Shown: in pieces, positions 52,150 to 64,000 of the stretch | How positions within the stretch are numbered: the stretch's first letter is position 1 | Layout of the letters: each line of letters opens with the position of its first letter | DNA from: Vicugna vicugna | Lineage: Eukaryota | Direction of reading: 5' to 3' | DNA length: 64,000 nt | Assembly (NCBI GenBank): GCA_013265495.1 | Contig: MU058584.1 | Coordinates: forward strand, 1,276,616 to 1,340,615 | Translations under genes and position numbers: made by a program | The notes under the pieces: generated by a model | Seen by the model: only the letters and a program-made list of their open reading frames with translations | The model's database searches: none | What the model was told of the DNA's origin: nothing

Positions 52150-53765
52150 TCTATACTCCATTCTAGGGCTAAACTCTCCACTTGTGAGCTGTCTTCCCAC
52201 CCTGCTTAAGGACATCTCTCCAGCAATTCTCCCTTTTCTTTCCTGCATCATCAAAATTATCTCTCTTTATCAGATGACTCCCATTCACATATAAACATGC
52301 CATAATTTCCTCCATTTAAAAAAAAAAGGAAAAAAAATACCCAGAAATTCCTCTTGACTTTCTCCAGTCACTATCTTCTATCTGTGTTGCCCATTACAGT
52401 AAAACTTCTTGGAATTTTTGTCCCTACTCCCTACCATCAACATCCTGTGTTCATTTTGCACCTACTCCAGACAGCCTTTTGCCTCCCTTTCTTCACCAAA
52501 GTGATTTTGCTCAGATCACCCTGACCCCCCTGTTGTGAAGTCCACTGGTGCATTCCTAGTTGTCATCTATCTTTTCTATCAGCAGCATGTGGCATCCATC
52601 ATCACCCTCCTTTCACTTGGCTTCCGGAGTGCTACACTTTCCTTGTTTACCTCTTAATTCACTGACAGGTCTTTGTCCTGTCCCTTTTGCTGACTCCTCT
52701 TTGTGGGTCTTTAAACTCTACAGTAACCCATGACATGATGCTCAGGTCTCTTCTCTTTTCCTTCTATCTCTGTTCACATCCTACATGAAGCCATCCAGCC
52801 TCATGACTTTAAATGCACTCTGTATACTGTGGGTTACCAAATGCACAACTCTAATACTGACCTCTCCTCTGTGTCCAGCTGCTTATCCAGCATTTAATCT
52901 TGGATGTTCTTGGGCATCCAAAACTTAACATGTCTCAATCCTCATGCCTGGTAATCCCTTCACACTTGTTTCCCCCAACCCCAAGCCGTTCATCTCATCT
53001 TAGTAATGGCAATTTCATTCTTACATTTTCTCAGTGTCATCACTGAATTTCCTCTTTTCATATTCCATAATCAATTCATCACCCAATACTACCAGCTCTA
53101 CCTTCAAAGTATATCCAGATTTTAACCATTGCTCATCACTTCATCTCTACCCTTCTGGTTTAAGGTCCACCTTCTATAGCCCTCCTGCTTTCACTCTTGT
53201 CCCCCTATGCCCTATTCTCAAGCTAGCCACCAGGAGAATCCTTTTAAAAGCACAAATTGGACCGTACAACTCCTTTGGCAATAGCTTTCCATCTCAGAAT
53301 AAAAGCTAAAGTTCTTATAACAGCCTACCAAATAGCCAGTTACACTGGCCTTTTAATGGTTTCTCCAGAAGGTCCGCCCAGTCCTGCCTCAGGGCCTTAC
53401 ACTTGCTGCTTCCTCTGCCTGGAATGCTCCTCTGCTGGGTTTCCCCACGACCCACTCCCCCACTTCTGTCAAGTCTCTTTTCAAATGTCATCGTACTGAG
53501 GACATTATGTCTAACGGTCCTATTTAAAAGCATTTCTTATTCCTCTTTTTCTTTTCCCTTTTCTCCACTAACATATATCACTGACATACTGTATATTTTA
53601 TATAGTCAATATTTACTGCCTGTTTGCCCATCACTAGGGACTAAATCTCATAAGAGTGACATTGTTTTGCCTTTCTTGTTTCAGTGCTGAATCCTTAGTG
53701 CCTACCTTCACTGTCTGCCACACAGATGATGCTCAATAGGTATTTGTTGTTCAATAAGTAAATCA
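52150..53765 (+). mobile_element. Long L2 (L2a-like) fragment
   Basis: About 1.6 kb of CT-rich L2 sequence (aaggacatc..tccagcaatt, aaacttaacatgtc, tgctgcttcctctgcctggaatgctc) ending gatgctcaataggtatttgttg. Confidence 0.85.
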
Positions 53766-56700
53766 ATAATATTAACCAATGGCTGCAAACTTTGGCTCAC
53801 ATATCTTTCCTTAGGGATATGGGAAGCAGTGCTCATGAAGTGATCTTTAAAAGTTGACAACGGATTGGGAGAGAAGAATTAAGAAAAAACTACAAAAAAC
53901 AAAATATAATCAGCAGGTTCTAAAGTATATAAAGCATTGCAAAGTCTGTATAAAGACTATAAAGGGATGCAAAGAAGTCATTTTTCAAAACGTGGCATCT
54001 CACTTTTCACGGGTTTGCTCTTCTCTCAATATTGTGCCCCAATCATGGAAACCCATCCTCCATCTCAAAATGATACAATTCAGCCAGTGCGTGGGATTTG
54101 GGAATTACTATGGGGGGGGGCAGGTTGATTTGTCTTCTTAAGAGAAAATGCTTAACACATTTAGACATTGGAGCAAATGGTACCTGCTTGTACATTATTT
54201 TAATCTTGAGCGCTCATGGGCTGTCCTTCTTGGCACCTTGGTTAATGATGTGATGGGTGGAGGAAATACGGACCCTGGTCTTGGTTGCCCTTACTGTAGG
54301 CTAATCCCGGCTAGGAAGCAGTGGAAGGTCTCAGAAGAAGCCGACTCAAGGTCTGTGGGTGTTTAGGTGGGTGAGACCAGAAAATGAGAGCATGATGGAG
54401 AGCAATGCTCATCAGGGAGAAGCAGTACCCTGAAGCCCCTCACTTTCCAAAGCCTTAGGGTTTCTGCCAAAATGCAGCGTTTGTAGAGAACATAGGCAGC
54501 TCCACACCTAGAAAGACATGTGGTTGAAATTAGAGGAAAAAAAAATAACTGTGGGGAAAGCTACTGGATGGAAGGCTGGAATGGTTTCTCTGAGGAGTGG
54601 TGAGCCCCTCTGTGTATGCCGGTATCCATGCTGGCCTTCATTTATCAGAGTAAGTGCTCACAATGCCACATGGCTAGAGTTTTCTAACAGACAGTGCCAG
54701 GTGTTACCAATAAAGGTGGGCCCTTCTCTTTACACATCAGCATTGGCATAATATTTCCTATGTTTTCAGCTCTTATGGAGGCTCTGCTGACAGTTTGATG
54801 GACTAAGGATTCACTGTGTGTTTGATTATGTTTCAATCGTGGAAGCCCCAAACCAAAAGGTAGGTAGAGTGTTACTAAAAGCTGACTATCTGTCTTGGCC
54901 AAAAAACAGACTACTGGTGCCTCAGGTAGAATATCCCAAGAAAAATCGTTTCACATCAGGAAGGTCCCAGAGGCAGAGGTATAAAGCCCTATGGGTTGGC
55001 TGCCGGTCTTGTTTCAGGTTCAGAATATGTGAGATGTAGACCATACATTCTCTAGTGTAGATTAACGATGAGGGAGGGAAGACAGAGAGGATGCTGGGGA
55101 GGGGGGGTGGGGAAGACAGTGACAACCTCCAGTACAACAATCTGGACTGGGTCACCTCCAAGAACCCTTGGCACCTGTACATATCAGCTGTCATTGCAGT
55201 AATAATGATGAAATAACAAGAACCACTTATTTAGTGACTATGATTTGCTGGGCACTCTCTCTCTCTAGATATACACCCATAAATACATATTGACAATTTT
55301 TCCAAGAGCCCATGGGTCAGATAGGAGGAGCCCCTCCATTTGCCTCACAACCTTCATCGCCTTCTCTCGGTTTTCCTCCCCTTTCCCCCACCACTAAAGT
55401 CCTCTTCAGATATTTTGAACGCCCTGCTTTCCCATCCCCACCAGGTCCTGGCTTTATCCTGGCTGAGCCCTTTGTGGTCAGAACTATGGAGCCATTACTT
55501 CTATCATCATCCAGAAGAGTGACAACAGGGAGTTCAAACCTTCAGATTCTTCTGTCCACTTTAGGATTGAGCTTGGAACTTTCAAGTCCTCAGAATGGAG
55601 CAGTTGTACAGTGAAAGTCAAAAGTCAAAAACAAATGCAAAAACTTCCTTTTGCTCATATGACTGTCTCTGATGGCATAATTTCCTACCAGACATGAGAA
55701 GGGGAAAAAGGAGTGAGGGGGATAGATAATAGGTCTTGCTTTGAGTACGTTATTTGCTTTATTTTATTCATGAGAAACTAAATCTCTGAATAGTTATATT
55801 AAGCGCCAGACCTCATATGTAGGGGAAGCATGTTTTGAATTGGGATCTATTGCACTTAAAAGCTGAGGGAGCATATGCCATGCACTTTCTCTTGGCTTCT
55901 GTTTCCATTTCTCATCTCATAGGTCTTCAAAAACTCGGTATAAGTGAACCAGCTATGACCCTCTTATTACCAGTTGTCTCTGCAGGTTCCAGATGCTTAA
56001 GTCACTGCTGAACAAATGTCGCGCGTGAGGAAAGGCAGCTCTGCATGTGGTGAGGGGAACCGTGCGTAGCACAGGGAGCCACAAGCCCACCTATTATGTG
56101 GGAGGAAGAGAAACGAGACCAACAAATTGAGAATGTGATGGAATCAGCTCTTTCTGGCTGGAGCTAGGTTAGGTTTTCTCAGCAGAGAACTTAAGCTCCA
56201 TTTCATGATCCCCGGCACTGCCCCAGCGAAACGCAGTGGTTAGTCCATTACCTGGAGAAGACAGCAGACCTTGTGTCAGGTAAAGGGCACGGGCTTCCTC
56301 CTCCTCGCCTTTGCTGGGTGGCTGTCACTACAGGAGTGACCTTCTCACACCCACATTCTCTCCCTTCCAACTCTTCCCTTCACCTATATCTAAATCCCCC
56401 TGCCCTGGAGTGGGAATTGATGAAGGACTCAGACCTTTTGGGTAAAGATACCTCATTCCACTTTTTAACTCCACCACTAACATTCAGTATGACCGTGAAC
56501 TGAAGGAAACCTTTCTGTACCTCGCCATTCTAGAGAATGAGGGGAATTGGAGGCCAGTTTTGAGAGGATGCTGGGATCCACAGAAAAAATGCCCTTAAGC
56601 CTAAGGGCAATTGTGCGTCAATTGTGTTCTTTTCTTTGGGAACAGATCCTGTTCTTTATCCCCATTCTCCCCTTAACTTGTCTTTTAGTGAAGGAAGTTG

Positions 56701-58094
56701 TCATGACAAGGATACAGAATGAAACTTCCAGGTCAGCTATTTGGACAACTAACAGCTGATACAAAGGCACAATTTATCAGTACCTTGGCTTGCCTCGTGT
56801 CTGTAAAGAGAGGACACAAAGCAAAGATACAAGACCAACCAGGATGCCTGAGAATTGTCAGGAGACAGAGGAGGAGGAGGAAGTGAGTTCTTGCAGCAAA
56901 AAAGAAACTAGCTACTGAGGAACTCAAATGAGAAAGTTGTATCTGGCTGGTGGTGTGGATAACACGTGGGCTGCTTTTGTATTCACAGCTTTTTGTAACA
57001 AACTCCATGTTTATTTATATTTACAATCCAAGATCTATTGTGCTGATCAAGACAGTGAGTCAAAGTAAGAGTTTTAAAGGCTTCGAGGTTAAATTTCTTT
57101 ACCTCATAAAACACCAAGTCAGAAAATAGAATGGATGGAAGAAAATAGACTTAGTAAAGGAGGGCTGGAATACTGGGAGGAAATTTGGAGGGAAATTTGA
57201 GAGACAAAAATTAGAGCGTGGATAACAATAGCAGAATAGGTTGCCGTAGATAGCAGCCCTGTCTGATGCAAAAAAGAGAAAAAATGAGTGAAGAGAATCT
57301 TCAGGATGCTGGTTGAGAAGCACACAGGGTAATTGTCCCTGTGGGGCTTCTTTAAGAGTCTTAAGACCATTGCTTTTCAAGGTCTTTTTAATATTATTAT
57401 TTTTATGTGGCACTGTGTGAAGATTGGCATGAAGGAGTTAAATTAGTTGGTGATCTACAATTAATAATTTCATGTGTGGTAGTTGGCTCGTGTATTCAAA
57501 ATCACAAATCCTTTTGGTTTCATTACCATGCATCTAGTTTTTTAGAAAAAATATCAAATATGTATATTTTTAAACTTTTTGTTTCAAAGTGCTCCTTGTA
57601 AGTCTTCACAATAGCGATTTTATTAAGTTAGTTGCTTTATAAAACCTCTCAGATGTCATAATTGTTAACATAATCCATCAAATTGTAGTTAAAGGCAACA
57701 GTTTGCTAAGCCCATTTTATAAGGGAAGGGAAATGCCCACACCGGGTAAAGTCATCCACTACAGCCTCGCAGAACAAGAGAGAGACTGTTCTCCACACAC
57801 TTCAACCAGCAAATAAAAGAGATACAGAGTTTCTATCCCCCATCTGAAGTGCTCCATCAGTAGAAATATTCTGATAGGTGAAAACTCAACAGTCAAGGCA
57901 TAGTGACACTCAGGAGATTCCACAACTGGTAATACAAGACTCTTTGACCTTCTTCAGCCTCAAAGTTGGGGTGTTTTTGTTATTTAATTTTTAAGTATCA
58001 AGCTCATGTCTTTCAGCAGCAATATTTTCACTCTGAAGCAGAAATAAGTAGTCTTCTTCATCATGTGATTTGTTCAAATCCTCAAACTCATTTT

Positions 58095-58229
58095 TTTCCC
58101 TAGTTTTCTTTTTTTGTGTGTGTGTGTGTGCTCTTTTTTTCCCCCTTAATGGAGGCACTGGGGATTGAACCCAGCACCTCGTGCATGCCAAACACCGGGT
58201 CTACTACTAAGCGATCCCCCCACCCTCCC
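58095..58229 (-). mobile_element. Vic-1-type tRNA-Ala-derived SINE, more diverged copy
   Basis: ttaatggaggcactggggattgaacccagcacctcgtgcatgc. The tail contains (TG)n. TSD tcaaactcatttt (58082) / tcaaactcaatttt (58231). Confidence 0.88.
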
Positions 58230-58504
58230 TTCAAACTCAATTTTAATTAGGTTCACATCACATGTCCTTTTTGAAAACTGCTTTTCTTGGCAACTTGTGA
58301 AGTAGTTTAAGGAGGTATGGCTAAGGCAGTAAATTCTACACAATTTTTGATCATCTTGCACCCATTTTTCCCCCAGTTTAGTGATGCTGCTGCTATGGAA
58401 TCAGATAGCAACATTGACAACATCATTAGAATTTATTTTTAAACTGACTTAGTGGCACTGAGCTTTGAGATTTTAACTCCTTTGCAGCAAGATCCAATGC
58501 TCTC

Positions 58505-58650
58505 ATTCTTATAGCTTCACTTATATAAGATCTGACAGAGTTCGGTAGGTACTCTGTGAGAATTGATCCACATGTGGTTGTAGTTTTGATGTATTGGTAG
58601 GAAAAAGTGAGCTGCACATCCTTCTGTTCCGCCATCTTGAAGCCCCTCCC
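58505..58650 (-). mobile_element. Isolated L1 5' terminus (5' UTR/promoter fragment)
   Basis: The reverse complement gggaggggcttcAAGATGGCGgaacagaaggatgtgcagctcac...atacatcaaaactacaaccacatgtggatcaattctcacaga resembles recalled laurasiatherian L1 5' ends. Confidence 0.7.
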
Positions 58651-59499
58651 ACCCAATTCCCTCACTGTCACGCCGGCACCTCATTGTCATGGAGTTAAAC
58701 AGCCAGCACAAGCAGTCCTGCCCCATACTGCCCTTCTGGTTGCAGCACTTGGCAGAACTGAAAGGAAAGAAAGTTGTGTCACACATGGAAAGGACTGGGG
58801 AAAACACAAGAAGACACCAGGAGAAGATTAAAATGTCACACAAGGGCTTCAGAGTCCTGGCAGAGACCTCCACTGCATCATCATGGTGGTACGCCAGGCT
58901 GGCTTTATTCCCGCTCCAGGAACCACATCTTGTGTCTTTCTTCTCCTCTTGCTTCTTTTGCCTTTGCAAAGCATAGTCAGTGAATTGGTAAGCTTTTTCA
59001 AGTCATCAGTTTCCAAAGAAAAACATAACTCTATCGAAGGATTCCAAAAACTTGCATAAGATAGTGACTTTTAATATTGTGTAATCTTATCTTTCAGTAA
59101 CTCTTCAAAACCCATGAAGTCATCTCTTTGGAAATAGGCTCAGAGCATTGATTCTATAAGCTCTATTATTAACACCAAACATTTCTTTGGCTAATTTGAG
59201 GCCTGACTCTTCCTGTAACTTCTTTAGCCCAGACCTGGTTTATCTGCTAATTGTTCTCTTGTGTTAGAATTTTAGGTTCTTCTAAACCCTTTATTTTTTC
59301 CTGTTACTGTTCTTTATTTTTGATTTCTCTCTCTCTCTCTCTTTTCTGAAACCTTTATTTCTGGTTTTACTTTTCTTTCTTTCCTTTCACATCATCAATC
59401 TCATCCCATTTATCTTGACCACCATAGCCCTACCTTCCCAGCTGTCCCCACCAGTGTGCTGCTGGCCCCCACCATCCACATAGGGCTCCACACAAAGCT

Positions 59500-60173
59500 T
59501 GTCTGGATCCAGATTGGAGGTTCCAACTACCCCTTCCAACGCAGGATGCCAATGGCAAGCCCAGGTTGTTACCTGTACTTCTGACGTACTGGCTATAAAT
59601 CAGGGGTTTCCATGGCTCTCTCCTTGGGTTCAATTAACTTGTTAGAGTGGCTTACAGAGTTCAGGAAACCTGTTTACTCACTAAAATTATCAGTTTATTA
59701 CAAAGGATATTAAAGAATATAAATCAACAGACAGATGAAGAGTTCCATAGGATGAGGTCCAGAAGGAAGGGGCTTCCTTCCATCCTTCCCTGTGGAGTTT
59801 GGGGCTAAGCCTGGTGACATGTGGAAATGTTCTGGTTCCTCAACCTGGAAGCTCTCCACACCTGGAACTTTTGGGTTTTTATAGCGACTTCATTACATAG
59901 GCACAATTGATTAAAGCATTGGCCAATGGCTACTGAGCTCAGTCTTCCAGGGAGGTTGGGGTGGGACTGAAGGTCCCAACCCTCTAATCACACAAGACTT
60001 GCACCAGTAGTCCCCATCCTTAGGTGCAGCCCAAAAGTCACCCCATTAATATCACAAAGGACAGCTTCAGCTCTCAACATTTAGAAAACTGCAAGGAGGT
60101 AAGGAGCTCTGTGCCAGAAATGAGGATAAAGACCGAATATACACTTCTTATTATAAATATATACCCCATCACA
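59500..60173 (-). mobile_element. MER21-like LTR
   Basis: gcaagcccaggttgttacctgtacttctgac..actggctataaatc...ttgggttcaattaacttg.tagagtggct.acaga...ggagctctgtgccagaaa...cttattataaat...atcaca. Confidence 0.85.
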
Positions 60174-63100
60174 TGCTGAGACTGCAGAGGGTCTTGGCCA
60201 GCCAGGCCTATCAGCACCCATACCGACGGCAGGCCATGCTTGGAGCAGTCACGCAGCAAAGCAGCTGGTTGAAAAGCAAGCAGGAAAGATAAGTCTGGAG
60301 TCTGCAATATGTCTAATGTCACAGGGGAGCAGGCACTTGGCAGAGTTCTGAGGGACATAAATCCCAACAGAGAAGGAGGAAAGGTAGTTAAAAGGATAGT
60401 CGGGAACAGAAGGGGGCTTGGGCAATAGAACGTTCCCAGTGCCAGTATCAGAAGGCCTCCTACTGAAGCGGAAACCCATCCCAGAGCCTGAGGATCCCAG
60501 GGTCCCTGGAACCCGATGATAGGATGAGTGAGGGGGTGGTTCATCTGAACTCCCATCAGCAAGCATTTGTGAATTCTTCCCTGATTTAGGACCGCACTTA
60601 GGACTTCTGTGTAACAAAATGACTGCCGTATGATCCGTGTTCTTGAAGAGGTTATAATGGAGGAGGAGAACCAGAAACCCTATAAGAATTAAGTCAGACT
60701 TTGATCAATGTTGAAACGAAAGTGACACATATGGCAAAGAACCATGTGATAATAAAGGAATGTGTCATTCCTTTGGGAAGTACAGACTCCTGCTTGACAA
60801 GTAAAGATCAAATGACTATTCTTTCCCAATAGTCATGGCTCTGGCAGAATCCTCCCCAACCCCCTCCCCTTTTATTTTAAAGGCCAAGACTTAAGAAAAT
60901 GCAGTATTTACTGAATGAGAAAAGAATTGCAGTTCCTTCCCCAAAGCAGCTACCTCTACCTCCACACACACACACACACGAGACACAGGTGTCCCTCTTA
61001 ATCTAGGCACATGATGGGGGGAAAGAGCAGCAGATGGAGGGCAAAGAATAAATGCCCTAGAGTCTGACCACGATCCGGCAGAGGCACACGCCTGGGAGAC
61101 AGAGACCAACCAGGTCGAGGGGTCCAAGCGACCGAGGACCATGTGTGCTGCCGCTGACCGCACGCCTGTAACATGTGCGGCGACCACCCTTCTTGGTTTA
61201 GAGCGGAATGCCTCCTTTGAAAACGGGAAGAAGGGTGAGGAAGGGCCTGACAGCAGTCTGCTCTCCTACTTGGAAGATCTGCGGGTTCCTGAAGCTAAGA
61301 GGGAATTAAAAATGCAAATTAGCCGACAGAGTCATTTATCTCAAGCTGTGAGGAGTGCAACTCTGGGCGAAAATGTGGAGAAAGTGTCCTCCGCTGAAAA
61401 AGAAAGCCTGGGCAGTGCATCCCCAGTGCGAGGCTGAACGAAGGGGCGAAGCAGATGGCCCTGTGTTTAACGCCCTTACAAGGAGGTCTAGGTTTCCAGG
61501 AAGCTGATAGGGGCGAGGGGTGGGAGGTGGGGCAGGCAGCAAATGACTGTAATTCCGACCCCCACTTGGAGGTGTTTAGACCAGTGATTGGTGGCTGTGA
61601 CCGGAACCTCCCTGATAAGGAAGAGGGGAGTCCCTGGGACTTGGCGCTCTGAATATGTATGGCCCAGATTTCTTTGTGTGGCTGATATCTGGCTGGATAT
61701 TTATTCTTCTAGATTACACATTCTGACTCTGAGGAACAAAGGGCTGGCAAGAGCGGCTCTCTGGTGCTTAATAATTTGAAGGAATTTACATTTCAATGCA
61801 GCCTTGTGCTACATTTCTCACACAACCTCTCCCCCCTACTCCCTTCTTGCCTTTCCCTCCCCCTAATTTCTCCTGATGGAAAGAACGGACCTCTCTCCCG
61901 GTCTGGAGAAAGGAGGTGGGGAGATGGGGAGAAGGAGAGAAGCATAGAGACATCATGGGAGGGAGGAGATTTATTGAGATTCCACTTAGAATTTATTCCC
62001 TCAGAATCCTATTTATTTTATTTATGTTTATAAATCATACATTACCAAGTACAATGAAATCTCCTAAAACCCCAGAAGCTTGCTCGATGTTCTTTGTGAT
62101 TTGACAGAGGAAACAGGGAGAAAGTGAGTAAGAAGAGGAGGCGTGGGAGGGGCTGGGGGCTGGACGGGGTGGCTCTGGGGAAAGCCTTTCCCAAGGAATA
62201 GCCCGAGTCTGTTTGGCCTGCTCTGCGAGGGAGTGTGATCCAAACAGCCTCCTCTGTTCTTCCACCACTGTCCCTCCCCTTCCTCTCAGGAGAGGGGATT
62301 CATTGTCAGGTAATTAACCATCAGCGTTACAGAAAGGACTTCATTGGGCAGAGGTGTGAAAGCACATTTACACCTCATGTAAATGGGAGAGGAGATTTTA
62401 CAGTTTGAGTGACACCCAAGCAGCCATAAAGTGACAAAGATAAAGTCATCCATGGTTAGGATTCCAGGATCCTAAGAGCTTACACTATGCTTCTAAAATG
62501 CGCCACCCTCTCTCCCTTCACGTGGCTGTCACAGCGTGTATTGTGACCCGTGGACCACAGGGAGCTTGGGGTATAGATCAGTGGACATGGCAGCCCAGCT
62601 AAGAGCCTATGCTAGTAAGTTAAGGGTTTTGTTCTGCACTTCTCAGTGTGGTTATTCAACAAACTTGAAGGCACGCTTAATCTGCGCCAGAAGGCACTGT
62701 TTCTGCCCTCAGGGTACCGACACGTGAGTACACGGCTACAATACAGGGTGATTGCAGCTACAGGGGAGGTGGCCCTGGAGGCCACGGAAGCCTGGAAGGA
62801 GTCACCCCAGACACTCCATGGCGGAGGTAACATGAGAAAGGTCTAGAGAATGGAGAGAGGCTTGTTAGGCGGATGAGGCTGGCCGATGCAATTGCACAGA
62901 CGGCTGAGGGCAGTTTGGGCTCACATGGCGGTTCAGTAGGTGGAAGAGAGTTGGTACTTGAGTTTATCTTAGTAGGACAGGTTTGTGGCTGTACCCCTCC
63001 AGATAACTGGATGCTATTTAGTGAATGAGAAGAAACTCTTACAGGAATGAAGAAAGTTCCAATCTACGGATGCGGTGGGTAGTAAAGGAGGATGGAGAAG

Positions 63101-64000
63101 AGGAACAAGGACCCCTACACGCACTGGGAGGAAAGCATGGAAACCTAGACTCGAGGATGGTGGATCTAGGGTTCCTCTCAGCTGAAGGAGGAAGAGGAAA
63201 ATTAATGCTATAATTTTCATACCAGTGAAGATACTCTGGTCCATTACTGTTTTCTCCAATCAGAACCTTCTGAACAAAGGGGAATGTGCATCTGAGGCAG
63301 AGCCTTGTGGGTCTCCCTTCGTGGTGTTTAACATCAGTTTCTATTAGAAAAGCAGACCTTCAAATTGAGCTGCCTCTCCTCAGGCTCCAGAGTAAACTCA
63401 TCTATATCCTCACCGGAGAAGAAGCGATTCAAGTCTGAGGGGCGTTACTAGGACGATCCACCCCCTGTAAGTTATGGCCAGGATTCCAAAAAATCTTGGG
63501 GCCCCACAAAACAATGAGATTCCCAGGATGTATGGGGAGCATGTCTGGGGCCAATGGAGAATGATATGAGCCCTTTACTAAATGTGACTTCGTGTCACAG
63601 AATTTAGACATAAGCAAGTAAGTTTGGGGCCTACGTATTTTATCAATTATCGAGAGAGGAGTGTTAAAAAAGCTCTATTATAATTGCAGACTTGGCGCTT
63701 TTCCTCCTTCAGTTCAGATAGTTTTTGCAAAGGGGTCACAGAATAAGCTTCTTGTGACTTGCTCATGAGAAACGTTTAGGTGGTAGGGTTGAACGATGTG
63801 AGCACACTAGTGTCTTACTTCCAGCCTTCTGCTCTTCCTTTAGATTCTGGAAAGTCCCAGGAAGTTTTTCATTTCAGATGATACTCCATCCCCAATTTTA
63901 ATTTACCTAATTACAGATCCCCTTAGTCAAGGAAAAGACGATGTTTAATTCAGGAATTCCTCACTGGCTTAACACTAACCTCTGGTTAGAGGTGAAACCA

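Noticed and set aside
60209..60228. Second RE1 site (tatcagcaccc...)
   Set aside because: Only the left half-site is present; there is no GGACAG right half.
1..64000. CRISPR array, operon or other prokaryote-type system; intact ERV or transposase ORF
   Set aside because: The sequence is mammalian. No regularly spaced direct repeats and no long coding frames were seen.

Overview
This is mammalian genomic DNA, most likely camelid, because it carries two tRNA-Ala-derived Vic-1-type SINEs and cetartiodactyl-type L1 3' ends. The only protein-coding sequence I can support is the last exon of NUF2 (4163-4297, +; [16 protein letters not shown]...KKKMFRMST*), with its short 3' UTR and ATTAAA signal; 1-4162 is its last intron. 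The remaining ~59 kb looks like intergenic DNA. In human this direction leads into the NUF2-PBX1 gene desert, but synteny here is unverified. It is filled with old repeats (L2, MIR, L1M, MER3/5/8/53/58/119, Charlie, MLT1, MER21) and younger ones (L1 fragments, a MER41-like solo LTR, Vic-1 SINEs), and has one assembly gap (50943-51300). Most short ORFs in the track look like noise. I found no convincing new biological system. The best leads are: a MER41-like LTR whose GAS site has an N4 (STAT6-type) spacer; three 5'-inverted (twin-primed) L1 insertions within ~10.5 kb; an isolated L1 5' promoter fragment; CTCF and REST/RE1 motifs; homeodomain/PBX-HOX and T-box motif clusters in repeat-free DNA; and two splice-site-flanked segments that join in frame. 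Repeat names come from recalled consensus sequences and their boundaries are approximate.
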